From an uncultured candidate division Zixibacteria bacterium (GTDB lineage Bacteria; Zixibacteria; MSB-5A5; GN15; PGXB01), in the NCBI GenBank assembly GCA_963702205.1, contig OY969724.1, positions 2,304,001 to 2,368,000 of the forward strand: a stretch of DNA of 64,000 bases, written 5' to 3'. Shown here piece after piece: positions 39,435-49,871 of this stretch; the first letter of the stretch is position 1, and every line of letters begins with the position of its first letter. A program made the translations under genes and the position numbers. The notes beneath the pieces are model-generated. The model saw only the letters and a list, made by a program, of their open reading frames with translations, ran no database searches and was not told the origin of the DNA.

Positions 39435-40217
39435 ATGGATTACACGACGATAAAATACGAAATCAAAGATACTACCGCGTATGTCTCTTTCTGCCGTCCC
39501 AAAGTACACAACGCTTTCAACGACGCCGTTATCTACGAACTGACCGATCTTTTCGACAGGCTCGATAAAGAGACCGGTCTCCGGGTGGTGGTCCTTACCG
39601 GTGAAGGCAAATCTTTTTGTGCCGGGGCGGACCTCAACTGGATGAAACGGGTTATCAATCAGTCATTCGAGGAAAACCTGAAAGAATCCAACGCGCTAGC
39701 GGATCTGTTCGCCAAAATCTATCATTTTCGCTGTCCGGTTATCGGAAAAATCAACGGCGCCGCCATCGGCGGGGGAGTGGGCTTCGTGGCCGTGTGCGAT
39801 ATAGCCATCGCCGCTGAATTGGCCAAGTTTTCTTTCTCCGAAGTCAAGATCGGCGTCGTCCCGGCATGCATCGGGCCGTACGTGATAAAGAAAATCGGCG
39901 AGGGCAAAGCCCGCGAGTTTTTCATCACCGGGGAGCGCATGGTGGCGGCGAAGGCTCAGAAAATCGGACTGGTCAATATCTGTGTCGAAGATGCATATCT
40001 CGAGCAGGAAGTTGACGATCTGATCAAGATGATAAAGTCATCCGGACCGGAGGCGGTCGCGATGGCTAAAGTTCTGGTTTCGAACGTTCCGGGGATGTCG
40101 GAAGAACAGTACAAATCGTACACCGCCGAAATGATCGCCAAGCTGCGCATTTCCGATGAGGGACAAGAGGGCATGAGCGCCTTTCTGGAAAAACGAAAAC
40201 CGAAATGGGTCAAATGA
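39435..40217 (+). CDS. liuC: Enoyl-CoA hydratase family, probably 3-methylglutaconyl-CoA hydratase
   Basis: RPKVHNAFN, FCAGADLNWMK, GAAIGGGVG, FSEVKIGVVPACIGPYV, EGQEGMSAFLEKRKPKW; lies between the MCC subunits. Confidence 0.8.
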   Translation: MDYTTIKYEIKDTTAYVSFCRPKVHNAFNDAVIYELTDLFDRLDKETGLRVVVLTGEGKSFCAGADLNWMKRVINQSFEENLKESNALADLFAKIYHFRCPVIGKINGAAIGGGVGFVAVCDIAIAAELAKFSFSEVKIGVVPACIGPYVIKKIGEGKAREFFITGERMVAAKAQKIGLVNICVEDAYLEQEVDDLIKMIKSSGPEAVAMAKVLVSNVPGMSEEQYKSYTAEMIAKLRISDEGQEGMSAFLEKRKPKWVK

Positions 40218-41734
40218 GAATGTCTGATAGAGTGTTCAACAAAATACTGGTGGCCAATCGGGGCGAGATCGCGGTGCGGGTCATGAACGCCTGCCGTCTG
40301 CTCGGCATTCCGACGCTGGCGATTTATTCGAGTGCCGACGTCAACGCCGTGCACCGTCGTTTTGCCGATGAATCGGTCGAGATCGGTCCGCCGCCGCCAC
40401 TGGAATCGTACCTTTCGATAGAAAAAATAATCAAAGCCGCGCAAGAGAACAAATGCGATGCGATTCATCCGGGTTACGGCTTTCTGGCGGAGAACCCGCT
40501 TTTCCCGGATGCCTGTGAAAAGGCCGGAATTACGTTTATCGGGCCATCGGGGGAATCGATGCGCCTAATGGGCAATAAAGTCGAGGCTCGCAGGAAAATG
40601 GTCAACGCCGGAGTGCCGCTGATACCGGGGATGCAGGGAGCCGGGAGCGATCTGAAATCGTTCGAGGACGCGGCGGAGAAGGCCGGGTATCCGGTGCTTA
40701 TTAAGGCCGCCGCCGGTGGTGGCGGAAAGGGTATGCGGGTCGTGCACGAAAAGGCGCTGCTCAAGGAATCGGTTGAAGCGGCTATGCGTGAGGCAAAAAA
40801 TGCGTTCGGCGATGATACTGTATATTTAGAAAAATACATCGAAAATCCGCGACATGTCGAATTTCAGGTCCTGGCCGACAGCCACGGCAATACGATACAC
40901 CTGTTCGAACGCGAATGCTCGATACAAAGACGGCACCAGAAGATAATCGAAGAAACACCGTCGGTGGCACTTACACCGGAGCTTCGCGCTCGAATGGGTG
41001 ACGCCGCCGTCAAAGCGACCGAAGCGGCCAAATATGTCAATGCGGGGACGATTGAATTTTTGGTCGATACCAAGGGTGGTTTCTATTTTCTGGAGATGAA
41101 CACGAGGGTGCAGGTAGAGCATCCGGTGACAGAGATGGTAACCGGTATCGATCTGGTAGTGGAGCAAATCCGAATTGCGGCGGGTTTGGAAATTTCCGAC
41201 AACGCCAGAAACGCAACGCAACGCGGTCATTCGATAGAATGCCGCATTTATGCCGAAGACGCGGAAAACAATTTTCTACCGTCGTCGGGCGATATATTGT
41301 ACTACGAGGAACCGACCGGTCCCGGAATTCGTGTCGACAGCGGCGTAACCTGCAATACCAAAGTCGGTACGGACTATGACCCGATACTGTCAAAGCTGAT
41401 AGTGCACGCCCCCGACCGCGATCTGGCTATCAGCAAGATGGTGCAGGCGCTCAAAGACTACAGGATTCTGGGGATAAAGACGTCGCGAAAGTTTATGATC
41501 GACGTTCTCTCTCATCCTGAATTCAAGGCCGGGCGGACATACACCAATTTTATCGAGAAAAATATGGCTGATCGGGACAATGGTCAGCAAAGCCTGTCGC
41601 CGACGGCAGCCGCGACCGCCGCGGCGGCCCTGGCGCAGAAACCGGCAACCGGAATGACCGGTGTACGACAGAAAAAGCCGTCACCGTGGCAATCAATCGG
41701 CAACTGGGAAATAGGCATGAGGTGCAGCAGATGA
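40214..41734 (+). CDS. Biotin carboxylase subunit of acyl-CoA (methylcrotonyl-CoA) carboxylase
   Basis: KILVANRGEIA, HPGYGFLAEN, KAAAGGGGKGMR, RECSIQRRHQK, EMNTRVQVEHPVTE. Confidence 0.93.
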   Translation: MRMSDRVFNKILVANRGEIAVRVMNACRLLGIPTLAIYSSADVNAVHRRFADESVEIGPPPPLESYLSIEKIIKAAQENKCDAIHPGYGFLAENPLFPDACEKAGITFIGPSGESMRLMGNKVEARRKMVNAGVPLIPGMQGAGSDLKSFEDAAEKAGYPVLIKAAAGGGGKGMRVVHEKALLKESVEAAMREAKNAFGDDTVYLEKYIENPRHVEFQVLADSHGNTIHLFERECSIQRRHQKIIEETPSVALTPELRARMGDAAVKATEAAKYVNAGTIEFLVDTKGGFYFLEMNTRVQVEHPVTEMVTGIDLVVEQIRIAAGLEISDNARNATQRGHSIECRIYAEDAENNFLPSSGDILYYEEPTGPGIRVDSGVTCNTKVGTDYDPILSKLIVHAPDRDLAISKMVQALKDYRILGIKTSRKFMIDVLSHPEFKAGRTYTNFIEKNMADRDNGQQSLSPTAAATAAAALAQKPATGMTGVRQKKPSPWQSIGNWEIGMRCSR

Positions 41735-42231
41735 AACAGCAGGTCAAACTTGGCGAAGAATTGCTGGATATAGATGTAGACCTGTCGACGGACGGTGCCA
41801 CCGCCGGGTTGAACGGAATCACTTACTCGATACTAAAGCAGGGGAAGGCCAAATTCGTGGTTACGGTCGACGGGAAAAAATACTCCGCCTGCTGTGTGAT
41901 TAAGGGCAATAAAGTATTCGCCGACGTCGACGGGGTCCTGTTCGATATGACGGTACCTTCGGAAGACGCCGACGTCTCTGGTGGCGCCGATTCCTCGGTT
42001 GGGGTGAAAGATAAAATCTTTGCGCCGATGCCGGGGAAAGTGGTCAAGATACTGGTAGCCGAAGGGCAAGAAGTTAAAGCCAAACAACCGATGGTCATTG
42101 TCGAAGCTATGAAAATGGAAAATCAGGTTAATGCGGCCGCCGACGGCAAGGTTAAGAAAATCAATTTCAAAGACGGCGATCAGGTCGATACCGAAACTCC
42201 GATTATAGAACTGGAACTGGCTGAAGAATAG
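41731..42231 (+). CDS. Biotin carboxyl carrier subunit
   Basis: APMPGKVVK...VEAMKMEN biotinylation motif; ATGA overlap with the upstream gene. Confidence 0.9.
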   Translation: MKQQVKLGEELLDIDVDLSTDGATAGLNGITYSILKQGKAKFVVTVDGKKYSACCVIKGNKVFADVDGVLFDMTVPSEDADVSGGADSSVGVKDKIFAPMPGKVVKILVAEGQEVKAKQPMVIVEAMKMENQVNAAADGKVKKINFKDGDQVDTETPIIELELAEE

Positions 42232-42252
42232 ATTTATGTTATGATACATGAC

Positions 42253-42276
42253 GGGCCGGGTGAATCGATCCGGCCC
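42253..42276. terminator. Hairpin between convergent genes
   Basis: GGGCCGGG-loop-TCCGGCCC. Confidence 0.5.
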
Positions 42277-42293
42277 ATCTTATATACGTACAA

Positions 42294-42875
42294 TTACCAT
42301 ACAAACTGCGAGAATCCAACCCCGACCGATAAAATATTTCCCGAGATCGATTCATCGAAACCATCCGGTTTGAACGACAGACCCGAGAACGTCACACCGG
42401 CGTCGATCGCAACCGAATTCGTAATCATGGACATGAAACCAACCCTGCCTCCGTACATGAAAGCCGTGGCGTCTTCGTCCATAAGGCTGACCGAATAGTA
42501 TTGACCGAAAGCCTCGATGTACGGATAAAAGGCTCCTTTTTGTTCGGTACGATTCTGGCTGGCGTTGAAGAAATATGCCAATTTGGGGCCAAAGCCGATC
42601 AGGCTGGCATCGATATCGTCGCCCCAGGATGCATGAAGAATACTAAAATCTCCGCCGATCATTAGCCCCGGACTGGCGAAATAGCCGATGCCGGGATTGA
42701 TCGCTATCAGATTTATGCTGTTTCCGGCATAATCTTCAAACAAGTCCCCCCCGAGCGAAGTATAGGATGCCTGTCCGCTGAGCATGAAGCTCCCTTTGTC
42801 AACCGGAGAATCTTGCGCGACGGCGCCAATGGCGATAACGAGCATTGCAGCCAAACACAACGACAGAATTTTCAT
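42294..42875 (-). CDS. Outer-membrane beta-barrel protein (OmpA-like/porin family)
   Basis: Signal peptide, about eight amphipathic strands, C-terminal aromatic (FSQFVW). Confidence 0.75.
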   Translation of the reverse strand: MKILSLCLAAMLVIAIGAVAQDSPVDKGSFMLSGQASYTSLGGDLFEDYAGNSINLIAINPGIGYFASPGLMIGGDFSILHASWGDDIDASLIGFGPKLAYFFNASQNRTEQKGAFYPYIEAFGQYYSVSLMDEDATAFMYGGRVGFMSMITNSVAIDAGVTFSGLSFKPDGFDESISGNILSVGVGFSQFVW

Positions 42876-42952
42876 CTCTCCTCCCGGTTAGATGTTTTGT
42901 ATTAATGATATTACCCTGTGAGTTTATAACAAAATGCCTTGAAAAAATCAAT

Positions 42953-42978
42953 AAAAAAGCCGGGTCGTGAAACCCGGC
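42953..42978 (-). terminator. Rho-independent terminator (minus strand)
   Basis: AAAAAA-GCCGGGT-cgtgaa-ACCCGGC on the plus strand. Confidence 0.75.
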
Positions 42979-43001
42979 ATAAAATACAGACATCTTTTGT
43001 A

Positions 43002-43598
43002 TTAGAATCCGTAACCAAGAAGAACCATGAAGGTGCCGTTTTTGACCGATGTATTGTCACCTTCTTCGGTCTTGGCGACATTTGACAATCCCACCGTGTA
43101 GCGGGCATCGAGCGTTATTTTGCCGCTTTCCATCGCGAAATCTATCCCCGCTCCAAAGCTGATGCCAAAGTCGACACTTTCCGTACTGTCCTTGATGTCA
43201 ACGTCCCCTTTCTTTGCCGAGAGAAGAATACCCAGTTCCGGACCGGCAAAAATATTGGGGGAGATTTTGCCCTGAGTCGGAACGTCGTACTTCAGCAATA
43301 CCGGTATAACCAAGTAATCGAGCTTCAACTTCATGTCCCCAACTTCTGCTTTGACGCCCTTCATACAATATATAACTTCGGGCTGTACTGCCATCGCAGG
43401 CGAGAAATTATAGGTAAGGAAAGCACCGCCGGCAAAGCCCGCTTTCGCTTTTACGCCATCAATGTCACCGGTCAACGTAGACATCGACAAACCTGCTTTA
43501 AAACCTTTCGCGGTGATTCCTTTGACTGCCTCGCCCTCAGCGAATGCGCTTAAGGCCAGAAATGCTATCACAAATGTGAGAAGAACCAACTTCTTCAT
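43002..43598 (-). CDS. Porin-family (PorT-like) outer-membrane beta-barrel
   Basis: GFKAGLSMS, VQPEVIY.MKG, LDYLVIPVLLK, DARYTVGLSN, C-terminal GYGF. Confidence 0.8.
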   Translation of the reverse strand: MKKLVLLTFVIAFLALSAFAEGEAVKGITAKGFKAGLSMSTLTGDIDGVKAKAGFAGGAFLTYNFSPAMAVQPEVIYCMKGVKAEVGDMKLKLDYLVIPVLLKYDVPTQGKISPNIFAGPELGILLSAKKGDVDIKDSTESVDFGISFGAGIDFAMESGKITLDARYTVGLSNVAKTEEGDNTSVKNGTFMVLLGYGF

Positions 43599-43940
43599 CT
43601 CACCCTCCTTGAGTTGTTGGTTAAATTGTAATTCCCAAAAATCACGTTGTCACCTACTTATCTAAACCTACAATCTATTTTTTGTTTGAATTCAGTCAAC
43701 TATAAAATAGTTACAGCAACTCCAAAAAATTCATACGAGTTATGTTGTATAGCGCGCCATATATCGTACTCCGGCTTTCCTGATGATTTGGCCCTGGAAT
43801 GTGGATAACTCAAATTCCGACATTGAGAAAATAAACGAATAACTCCGGTATTATGCCGACAAGGTCTTGCTTTGCAGACATGATTTTATTATATAATCTA
43901 ATTACGCAAGATCATAAAACCAAAGAAGTTGGAGGAATAA

Positions 43941-45131
43941 ATGTCAGATAAAAATCAGGCTTATATAGTTTCCGCCTGCCGAAGCGCCATTGGCACATTT
44001 CTGGGTGGATTATCATCGTTTACAGGGACGCAGCTTGGCGCCCTGGCCATAAGAGAAGCTGTCAAACGCGCCAATATTGACCCCGCCAAAATCGACGAAG
44101 TTGTCATGGGACAGGTCGTTCAAGCCGGTGTCGGCCAAGCTCCGGCGCGCCAGGCGGCCATATTCGGAGGCATTCCGGCCCACGTGGCTTCTTTCACAAT
44201 CAACAAAGTTTGCGGTTCGGGTCTGAAATCGGTCATGCTGGCCGCGCAGTCGATCCGTGCGGGGGACCAGCACTGTGTCGTAGCCGGAGGCATGGAGTCG
44301 ATGTCCGGCACGCCGTATGTCCTGCATGGGGCCAAAGGCGGATTGAAATTCGGCGATAAGAAGCTGCAGGATTCAATGGTTCTCGATGGTCTCTGGTGTG
44401 CCTTCAAGAACTGGCATATGGGCAGCGCTGCCGAGCTGACCGGCCGCAAAGCCGGAATCACCCGCGAAGAGCAGGATGAATTCGCATACAATTCTCACAA
44501 GAAAGCGGTCGCCGCGATAGCATCCGGCAAATTTAAAGACGAAATATTTCCGATCGAAATACCGCAGAGAAAAGGTGACTCGTTAAAATTCGATACCGAC
44601 GAGTGTCCGCGCGGCAATATTTCACTCGAGGCCCTCGCGAAACTTCGCCCGGCTTTCGAAAAAGACGGTACCGTCACCGCCGGAAACGCTCCGGGGCTGA
44701 ATGATGGTTCTTCGGCGACCGTGGTCGTGTCCGAGCAGTTCATGAAGGAAAACAATCTCAAACCGCTGGCCCGTATCATCGATTACACCACTGCCGGGGT
44801 CGAGCCTGAAATGATTTTCTTCGCCCCGATATACGCCGTACGTAATCTGTGCGAGAAGATGGGCGTCGATGTCAATCATTTCGACCTGATCGAAGCCAAC
44901 GAGGCCTTCTCCGTGCAGGCGCTGGCCGACGGCAAAGAACTCGGCTGGGATTGGAACAAGGTCAACGTGCACGGCGGGGCGGTGGCGATGGGCCATCCCA
45001 TCGGTGCCTCGGGAGCTCGCGTCCTGACCACGTTGATTTATGCGCTTAAGGATCGCGGTCTCAAGAACGGTTTGGCGACGCTTTGCCTCGGCGGCGGGCA
45101 CGCCGTGGCGCTGTCAATTGAAATGGTATAA
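43941..45131 (+). CDS. atoB: Acetyl-CoA C-acetyltransferase (bacterial thiolase)
   Basis: TINKVCGSG (Cys), [35 protein letters not shown]. Confidence 0.9.
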   Translation: MSDKNQAYIVSACRSAIGTFLGGLSSFTGTQLGALAIREAVKRANIDPAKIDEVVMGQVVQAGVGQAPARQAAIFGGIPAHVASFTINKVCGSGLKSVMLAAQSIRAGDQHCVVAGGMESMSGTPYVLHGAKGGLKFGDKKLQDSMVLDGLWCAFKNWHMGSAAELTGRKAGITREEQDEFAYNSHKKAVAAIASGKFKDEIFPIEIPQRKGDSLKFDTDECPRGNISLEALAKLRPAFEKDGTVTAGNAPGLNDGSSATVVVSEQFMKENNLKPLARIIDYTTAGVEPEMIFFAPIYAVRNLCEKMGVDVNHFDLIEANEAFSVQALADGKELGWDWNKVNVHGGAVAMGHPIGASGARVLTTLIYALKDRGLKNGLATLCLGGGHAVALSIEMV

Positions 45132-45151
45132 ATTCAGGAGGGAGTACGGCA

Positions 45152-46021
45152 ATGAAAGTCGATGATATAAAAAAAATAGCCGTCATCGGCGGCGGTACTA
45201 TGGGTAACGGCATCGTGCACGTCTGCGCCATGACCGGTTACGATGTAGTTTTAATCGAAACCAAGCAGGAATTTCTCGACCGGGCGCTTGGCACGATCGG
45301 CAAAAACCTCGACCGCATGGTTTCGAAAGAGAAGATAACCGAGAAAGATAAGACTGAGGCGCTGTCCCGGATCAAAGGTTCCACTAACATGGAAGACGCC
45401 AAAGATGCTCAGATTGTAATCGAAGCGGTTTTCGAAGATTTGAACGTCAAGCTGGATATATTCAAAAAGCTCGACGCTCTGTGCCCGCCGGATACGATTC
45501 TGGCTTCCAACACTTCGTCTATTTCAATCACCAAACTCGGTGCCGCCACGAAGCGACCCGATAAAGTCGTCGGTATGCATTTCATGAATCCGGTTCCGAT
45601 GATGAAGCTGGTCGAGATGATACGCGGCCTGGGCACATCGATGGAGACATTTCAACTGGTCGATGAACTGGCCCGCAAACTGGGCAAGTCGCCGATCCCA
45701 TCGCACGACTATCCTGGTTTTATCGCCAACCGCATTCTCATGCCGATGATCAACGAAGCGATTTTTGCGCTGTTCGAGGGCGTCGGTTCGGTCGAGGCGA
45801 TCGACGCTGTCATGAAACTCGGCATGGCCCACCCGATGGGCCCGTTTACGCTGGCCGACTTTATCGGGCTGGACGTCTGTCTGGCCATTCTGGAAGTATT
45901 GCATGAAGGTTTGGGCGATCCCAAATACCGCCCGTGCCCGCTGTTGAAGAAAATGGTCGAAGCCGGTTATCTGGGAAGAAAGACCGGCAAAGGCTTTTAT
46001 GATTACACCCAGCAAGGATAA
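45152..46021 (+). CDS. hbd: 3-hydroxybutyryl-CoA dehydrogenase
   Basis: [56 protein letters not shown]. Confidence 0.9.
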   Translation: MKVDDIKKIAVIGGGTMGNGIVHVCAMTGYDVVLIETKQEFLDRALGTIGKNLDRMVSKEKITEKDKTEALSRIKGSTNMEDAKDAQIVIEAVFEDLNVKLDIFKKLDALCPPDTILASNTSSISITKLGAATKRPDKVVGMHFMNPVPMMKLVEMIRGLGTSMETFQLVDELARKLGKSPIPSHDYPGFIANRILMPMINEAIFALFEGVGSVEAIDAVMKLGMAHPMGPFTLADFIGLDVCLAILEVLHEGLGDPKYRPCPLLKKMVEAGYLGRKTGKGFYDYTQQG

Positions 46022-46027
46022 ACGATT

Positions 46028-47170
46028 ATGGATTTCAATTTAAGCGAGGATCAAATCCTGTTGCGCGATACCGCTCGCGAATTCGCACAGAAACGGCTGT
46101 ATGGAATAGCCGAGGAGCTCGACGCCAAAGCCGAAATGCCCGCGGAACTTCTGCAGGAAACGGCCGAACTCGGCTTTTTCGGTTTGCTGGCGCCGGAAGA
46201 ATTCGGCGGGCTTGCGGCCGATACGCTCAGCTATGCCCTGTGCATCGAAGAAATCTCGAAGGCGTGTGCCGGGCTGGCCATCACGATCAGTGTCCACAAT
46301 TCGCTGACGATCAAAGCGATTGAGATGTACGGCACCGACGCACAAAAGCAGGAATACTTACCGAAGCTGGCGGCCGGGGAGATTATCGGAGCGTACTCAC
46401 TGTCGGAGCCGGATAGCGGCACCGATGCCGGGGGCCTGAAATGCCAGGCGATCGCCGACGGCGACGATTATATCTTCAATGGCACCAAAAGCTGGGTGAC
46501 CTCGGCCAAATTCGCCGGGCTGACGGTAGTCTTTGCGCTGACCGATCCGAAAGAGGGCCCGAAAGGAATCTCGGCCATTCTGGTTCCTCCGGGAATAGGC
46601 GGCATGAATCTCGGTGCTCCCGAAAAAAAGATGGGTATTAAATGTTCCGATACCAGAGAAGTATCTTTTATGGACGCCCGCGTCCCCAAAGTCAATTTGC
46701 TCGGCGAAGAAAACTCGGGATTCAAGATTGCTCTGTCGCTTTTGGACAATGGCCGGGTCGGTGTCGGTGCCCAGGCGCTGGGTATCGCCGAGGCGGCTTT
46801 CGCCGAAGCGCTGAAATATTCCAAAGAGCGCAAGCAGTTCGGGCAATCACTCAGTAATTTTCAGGCGATTCAGTTCAAACTGGCCGACATGGCGACGCGT
46901 ATCGAACAGGCACGACTGATGGTTTATCAGGCGGCGGTTCTAAAAGACGCGGAAGGACGGCATTCGCGTAAAATATCGATGGCCAAACTGGTCGCTTCCG
47001 AAACGGCTAATTTCGTGACTAATCAGGCCGTGCAGATTCACGGCGGTTACGGGTATGTAAAAGAATATCCGGTCGAGCGCTATTTCCGCGATGCCCGGGT
47101 TACGGAAATTTATGAAGGAACCTCGGAAGCTCAACGTATAGTTATATCAAGGGACCTGCTTAAGGAATAA
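46028..47170 (+). CDS. Acyl-CoA dehydrogenase (short/branched chain)
   Basis: LSEPDSGTD, NGTKSWVT, RKQFG, QIHGGYGY, RDARVTEIYEGTSE. Confidence 0.93.
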   Translation: MDFNLSEDQILLRDTAREFAQKRLYGIAEELDAKAEMPAELLQETAELGFFGLLAPEEFGGLAADTLSYALCIEEISKACAGLAITISVHNSLTIKAIEMYGTDAQKQEYLPKLAAGEIIGAYSLSEPDSGTDAGGLKCQAIADGDDYIFNGTKSWVTSAKFAGLTVVFALTDPKEGPKGISAILVPPGIGGMNLGAPEKKMGIKCSDTREVSFMDARVPKVNLLGEENSGFKIALSLLDNGRVGVGAQALGIAEAAFAEALKYSKERKQFGQSLSNFQAIQFKLADMATRIEQARLMVYQAAVLKDAEGRHSRKISMAKLVASETANFVTNQAVQIHGGYGYVKEYPVERYFRDARVTEIYEGTSEAQRIVISRDLLKE

Positions 47171-47172
47171 TC

Positions 47173-48318
47173 ATGGATTTTGACATAAAATACAAGGACC
47201 TGAGGCGGGAGGTCCGCGACTATTGTGAAGAAAAAATCGCTCCTCATTCGGCGCAGGTAGATCGCGAGCAGATCTATTCGCAGGATGTCCACAAACTAAT
47301 CAATGACAAGGGCTGGTGGGGCTGCATTGTACCGAAAGACCTGGGTGGTTTGGGGCTGGCGACAGCCGAGTACGCTATCATCGTCGAGGAAGTCTCCCGC
47401 GTCTGCGGTTCAACCGGCTTGACACTTGCGGCCCACAACTCCCTCGGGACGTTTCCGATTAATTATTTCGGAACGGAGGAGCAGAAGAAGAAGTACCTGC
47501 CTCCCGCAGCGCAAGGAGACCTCATTGCATTCGGCCTGACCGAACCCGAAGCCGGATCCGACGCGGGAGGAACCAAAACCCGGGCGGAGAAAACCGACGA
47601 CGGGTATATCGTCAACGGTACCAAATGCTGGATCACCTCGGCCAATGTCTGTAAAGCCTCGATTATCACCGCTCGCACGAGCAATGAAGGCGGCGTGCAC
47701 GGGATATCGTCGTTTATCATTGAAAAGGGCATGGACGGCTTTTCTATCGGTAAAAAAGAAAATAAGATGGGTTGTCGTGGGTCGGATACGGCCTTCATGC
47801 ACTTCGACGATCTCAAATTCCCGGCCTGGCACCTTATCGGAAAAGAAGGCGAGGGATTCAAGCAGTTCATGATCACTCTCGACGGGGGACGCATTTCAAT
47901 CGGTGCCATGGGTATCGGTCTGGCCCAGGGGGCGCTCGACGCCGCCGCGAAATACAGCGAAAGCCGGATTCAGGGCGGCAAGCCAATCAACCGCAATCAG
48001 GCCATACAGTTCAAACTGGCCGATATGGCGACCCAGATCGAAGCGGCTCGTCTGATCATGTACAAGACCTGCTGGCTGAAGGACAATGGTCACAACCATA
48101 CCAAGCTCTCCGCCATGTGCAAGATGTATTCATCCGAAGTGGCGCATTTCTGCACCGACCAGGCCATACAGATTCTCGGCGGAGTCGGATATACCGAACG
48201 CTATCCGGTCGAGCGGTACTACCGTGACATGAAGCTGTGTGAAATCGGCGAAGGCACGTCAGAGGTGCAGCGCATTGTCATCGCCCGCGAAGTCATAAAA
48301 GAAATTACGCAGGCTTGA
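47173..48318 (+). CDS. Acyl-CoA dehydrogenase (short/branched chain; isovaleryl-CoA candidate)
   Basis: GLTEPEAGSD, NGTKCWIT, TLDGGRISI, QILGGVGY, RDMKLCEIGEGTSE. Confidence 0.9.
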   Translation: MDFDIKYKDLRREVRDYCEEKIAPHSAQVDREQIYSQDVHKLINDKGWWGCIVPKDLGGLGLATAEYAIIVEEVSRVCGSTGLTLAAHNSLGTFPINYFGTEEQKKKYLPPAAQGDLIAFGLTEPEAGSDAGGTKTRAEKTDDGYIVNGTKCWITSANVCKASIITARTSNEGGVHGISSFIIEKGMDGFSIGKKENKMGCRGSDTAFMHFDDLKFPAWHLIGKEGEGFKQFMITLDGGRISIGAMGIGLAQGALDAAAKYSESRIQGGKPINRNQAIQFKLADMATQIEAARLIMYKTCWLKDNGHNHTKLSAMCKMYSSEVAHFCTDQAIQILGGVGYTERYPVERYYRDMKLCEIGEGTSEVQRIVIAREVIKEITQA

Positions 48319-48325
48319 TATAAAG

Positions 48326-48371
48326 GCAGGTCGGGCTCCGAATCCCGTTTGACGGGATGAGAAACCTGACA
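48326..48371 (+). repeat. REP-like element, family A (46 nt)
   Basis: 40/46 identical to the copy at 58055-58100; inner hairpin ATCCCGT-ttg-ACGGGAT. Confidence 0.75.
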
Positions 48372-48382
48372 TTTGTACAAAT

Positions 48383-49069
48383 ATGACACCGTTCGTAACT
48401 CAAAAGAACCTGGCCGAAATGGCCCGTCAATGGCTTGAGGAAATCGCACCGGTCAATACTCATAGCTGGGCGTTAGATCGTGATAAAACCGCCCTTATGG
48501 TCATCGACATGCAGCGGTTTTTTGTCGAACCGGGATCCCCTTTATCGCTCGAACATGGCAATGTCATAATTCCGACCATTAAAAGACTGATCGAGGGTTT
48601 TCGTAAAGCCGAACTGCCGGTCATCTATACACGCCATGTTCACCATGCCGACGGCAGCGATGCCGGAAATCTCGGCTGGTGGTGGGACGGCATGATTATC
48701 GAAGGCTCGCCCGAAAGCGAAATTAATTCTGAACTGACGCCGTTTCCGGGCGAGAAAGTCATTTTCAAACATCGGTATTCATCGTTTCTCGGAACAGACC
48801 TCGAAACCATATTGCGCGGTAAAGGCATTAACGATATTGTGATCTCCGGCGTGATGACCAACCTGTGCTGTGAGACGACCGCCCGCGAGGCATTCATGAG
48901 GGATTATAGAGTGACCTTTCTGGCCGACGCTACCGGCACCGCGTCGGAGGAAATGCATCTCGCAACACTCAGAAATCTGGCTTTCGGATTCGCCCGGATT
49001 GCTTTGGCCGACGATGTCTCGAAAGAAATAACCGAAACCAGAAAAGACGTCGCTCCGGTCAACGATTAA
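48383..49069 (+). CDS. Isochorismatase-family cysteine hydrolase
   Basis: ALMVIDMQ, KHRYSSF.GTDL, GVMTNLCCETTAR.A. Confidence 0.9.
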   Translation: MTPFVTQKNLAEMARQWLEEIAPVNTHSWALDRDKTALMVIDMQRFFVEPGSPLSLEHGNVIIPTIKRLIEGFRKAELPVIYTRHVHHADGSDAGNLGWWWDGMIIEGSPESEINSELTPFPGEKVIFKHRYSSFLGTDLETILRGKGINDIVISGVMTNLCCETTAREAFMRDYRVTFLADATGTASEEMHLATLRNLAFGFARIALADDVSKEITETRKDVAPVND

Positions 49070-49799
49070 TCATATACTCGATTACATTTACGAAGAAATT
49101 TTTACCGTTTTCCGTCATTGATCCCGAAGCGTTGGTAAATCCCCACAGGAAATAACGCCGTCCTTCGCTAATCAAGGCGTATTGCGTCGGGTATTCCGGC
49201 CGGCGTCCATAGTACAGCACCGAATCCGCAAGACCCTGATCTCTATCGATGCCGATAATGCCCGAATTGTAATAAACGGCTATCAAAGTATCCTGAGTAA
49301 ATTCAATCTGGTCAGGTGTTTTGAATACGGAACTGTCGGTGTGAATGCGGCCGTCGGCGATGGTCACCTGTGTATTCAATATACTGGTGCTGGAACTGTC
49401 GGGAAAATAATCGCCGTTGTCCCAACCGATAGTCAGCCCGATCTCGCCGAAAAAGCGCGCGCCGCCGAATCCGAGGCCAAGCACCGGAAGGTTGGAATTA
49501 ATGATTGCGTTACCCTGCACCACGGAACCCCAGTCGCTGCCGCTGCCGATCCACGAGTCGATAATTATCAAATCATACTGTGAAAAATCGGCCGACGCCA
49601 CCTGATCCATGGTAAATGCCTGAAACACATATCCGCGCCCGGTCAGAAACGTCATGAAATCGGTCTGGTCCTTGTGCGTCGCACCGGGCTGATAAATAAA
49701 AGCGATTTTGCTGAAGTCTTCAGGCGAAGAGGTTCCGTTTTTCTCGGCGCAGGCCGAGACGATTATTAATGATAATAGTACAAAAAGTATATTCTTCAT
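49059..49799 (-). CDS. Hypothetical lipoprotein
   Basis: Lipobox VSAC after a hydrophobic signal; 246 aa. Confidence 0.7.
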   Translation of the reverse strand: MKNILFVLLSLIIVSACAEKNGTSSPEDFSKIAFIYQPGATHKDQTDFMTFLTGRGYVFQAFTMDQVASADFSQYDLIIIDSWIGSGSDWGSVVQGNAIINSNLPVLGLGFGGARFFGEIGLTIGWDNGDYFPDSSSTSILNTQVTIADGRIHTDSSVFKTPDQIEFTQDTLIAVYYNSGIIGIDRDQGLADSVLYYGRRPEYPTQYALISEGRRYFLWGFTNASGSMTENGKNFFVNVIEYMINR

Positions 49800-49871
49800 A
49801 TTATCCCATGCCTTTCAATATATATTTACATGGAATATAAATGTGCGGCCGGCCGACAAACCACTAAAAAA

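Noticed and set aside
43800..43808. Perfect DnaA box (TGTGGATAA)
   Set aside because: Single occurrence with no box cluster or dnaA/dnaN context; not an origin and may be chance
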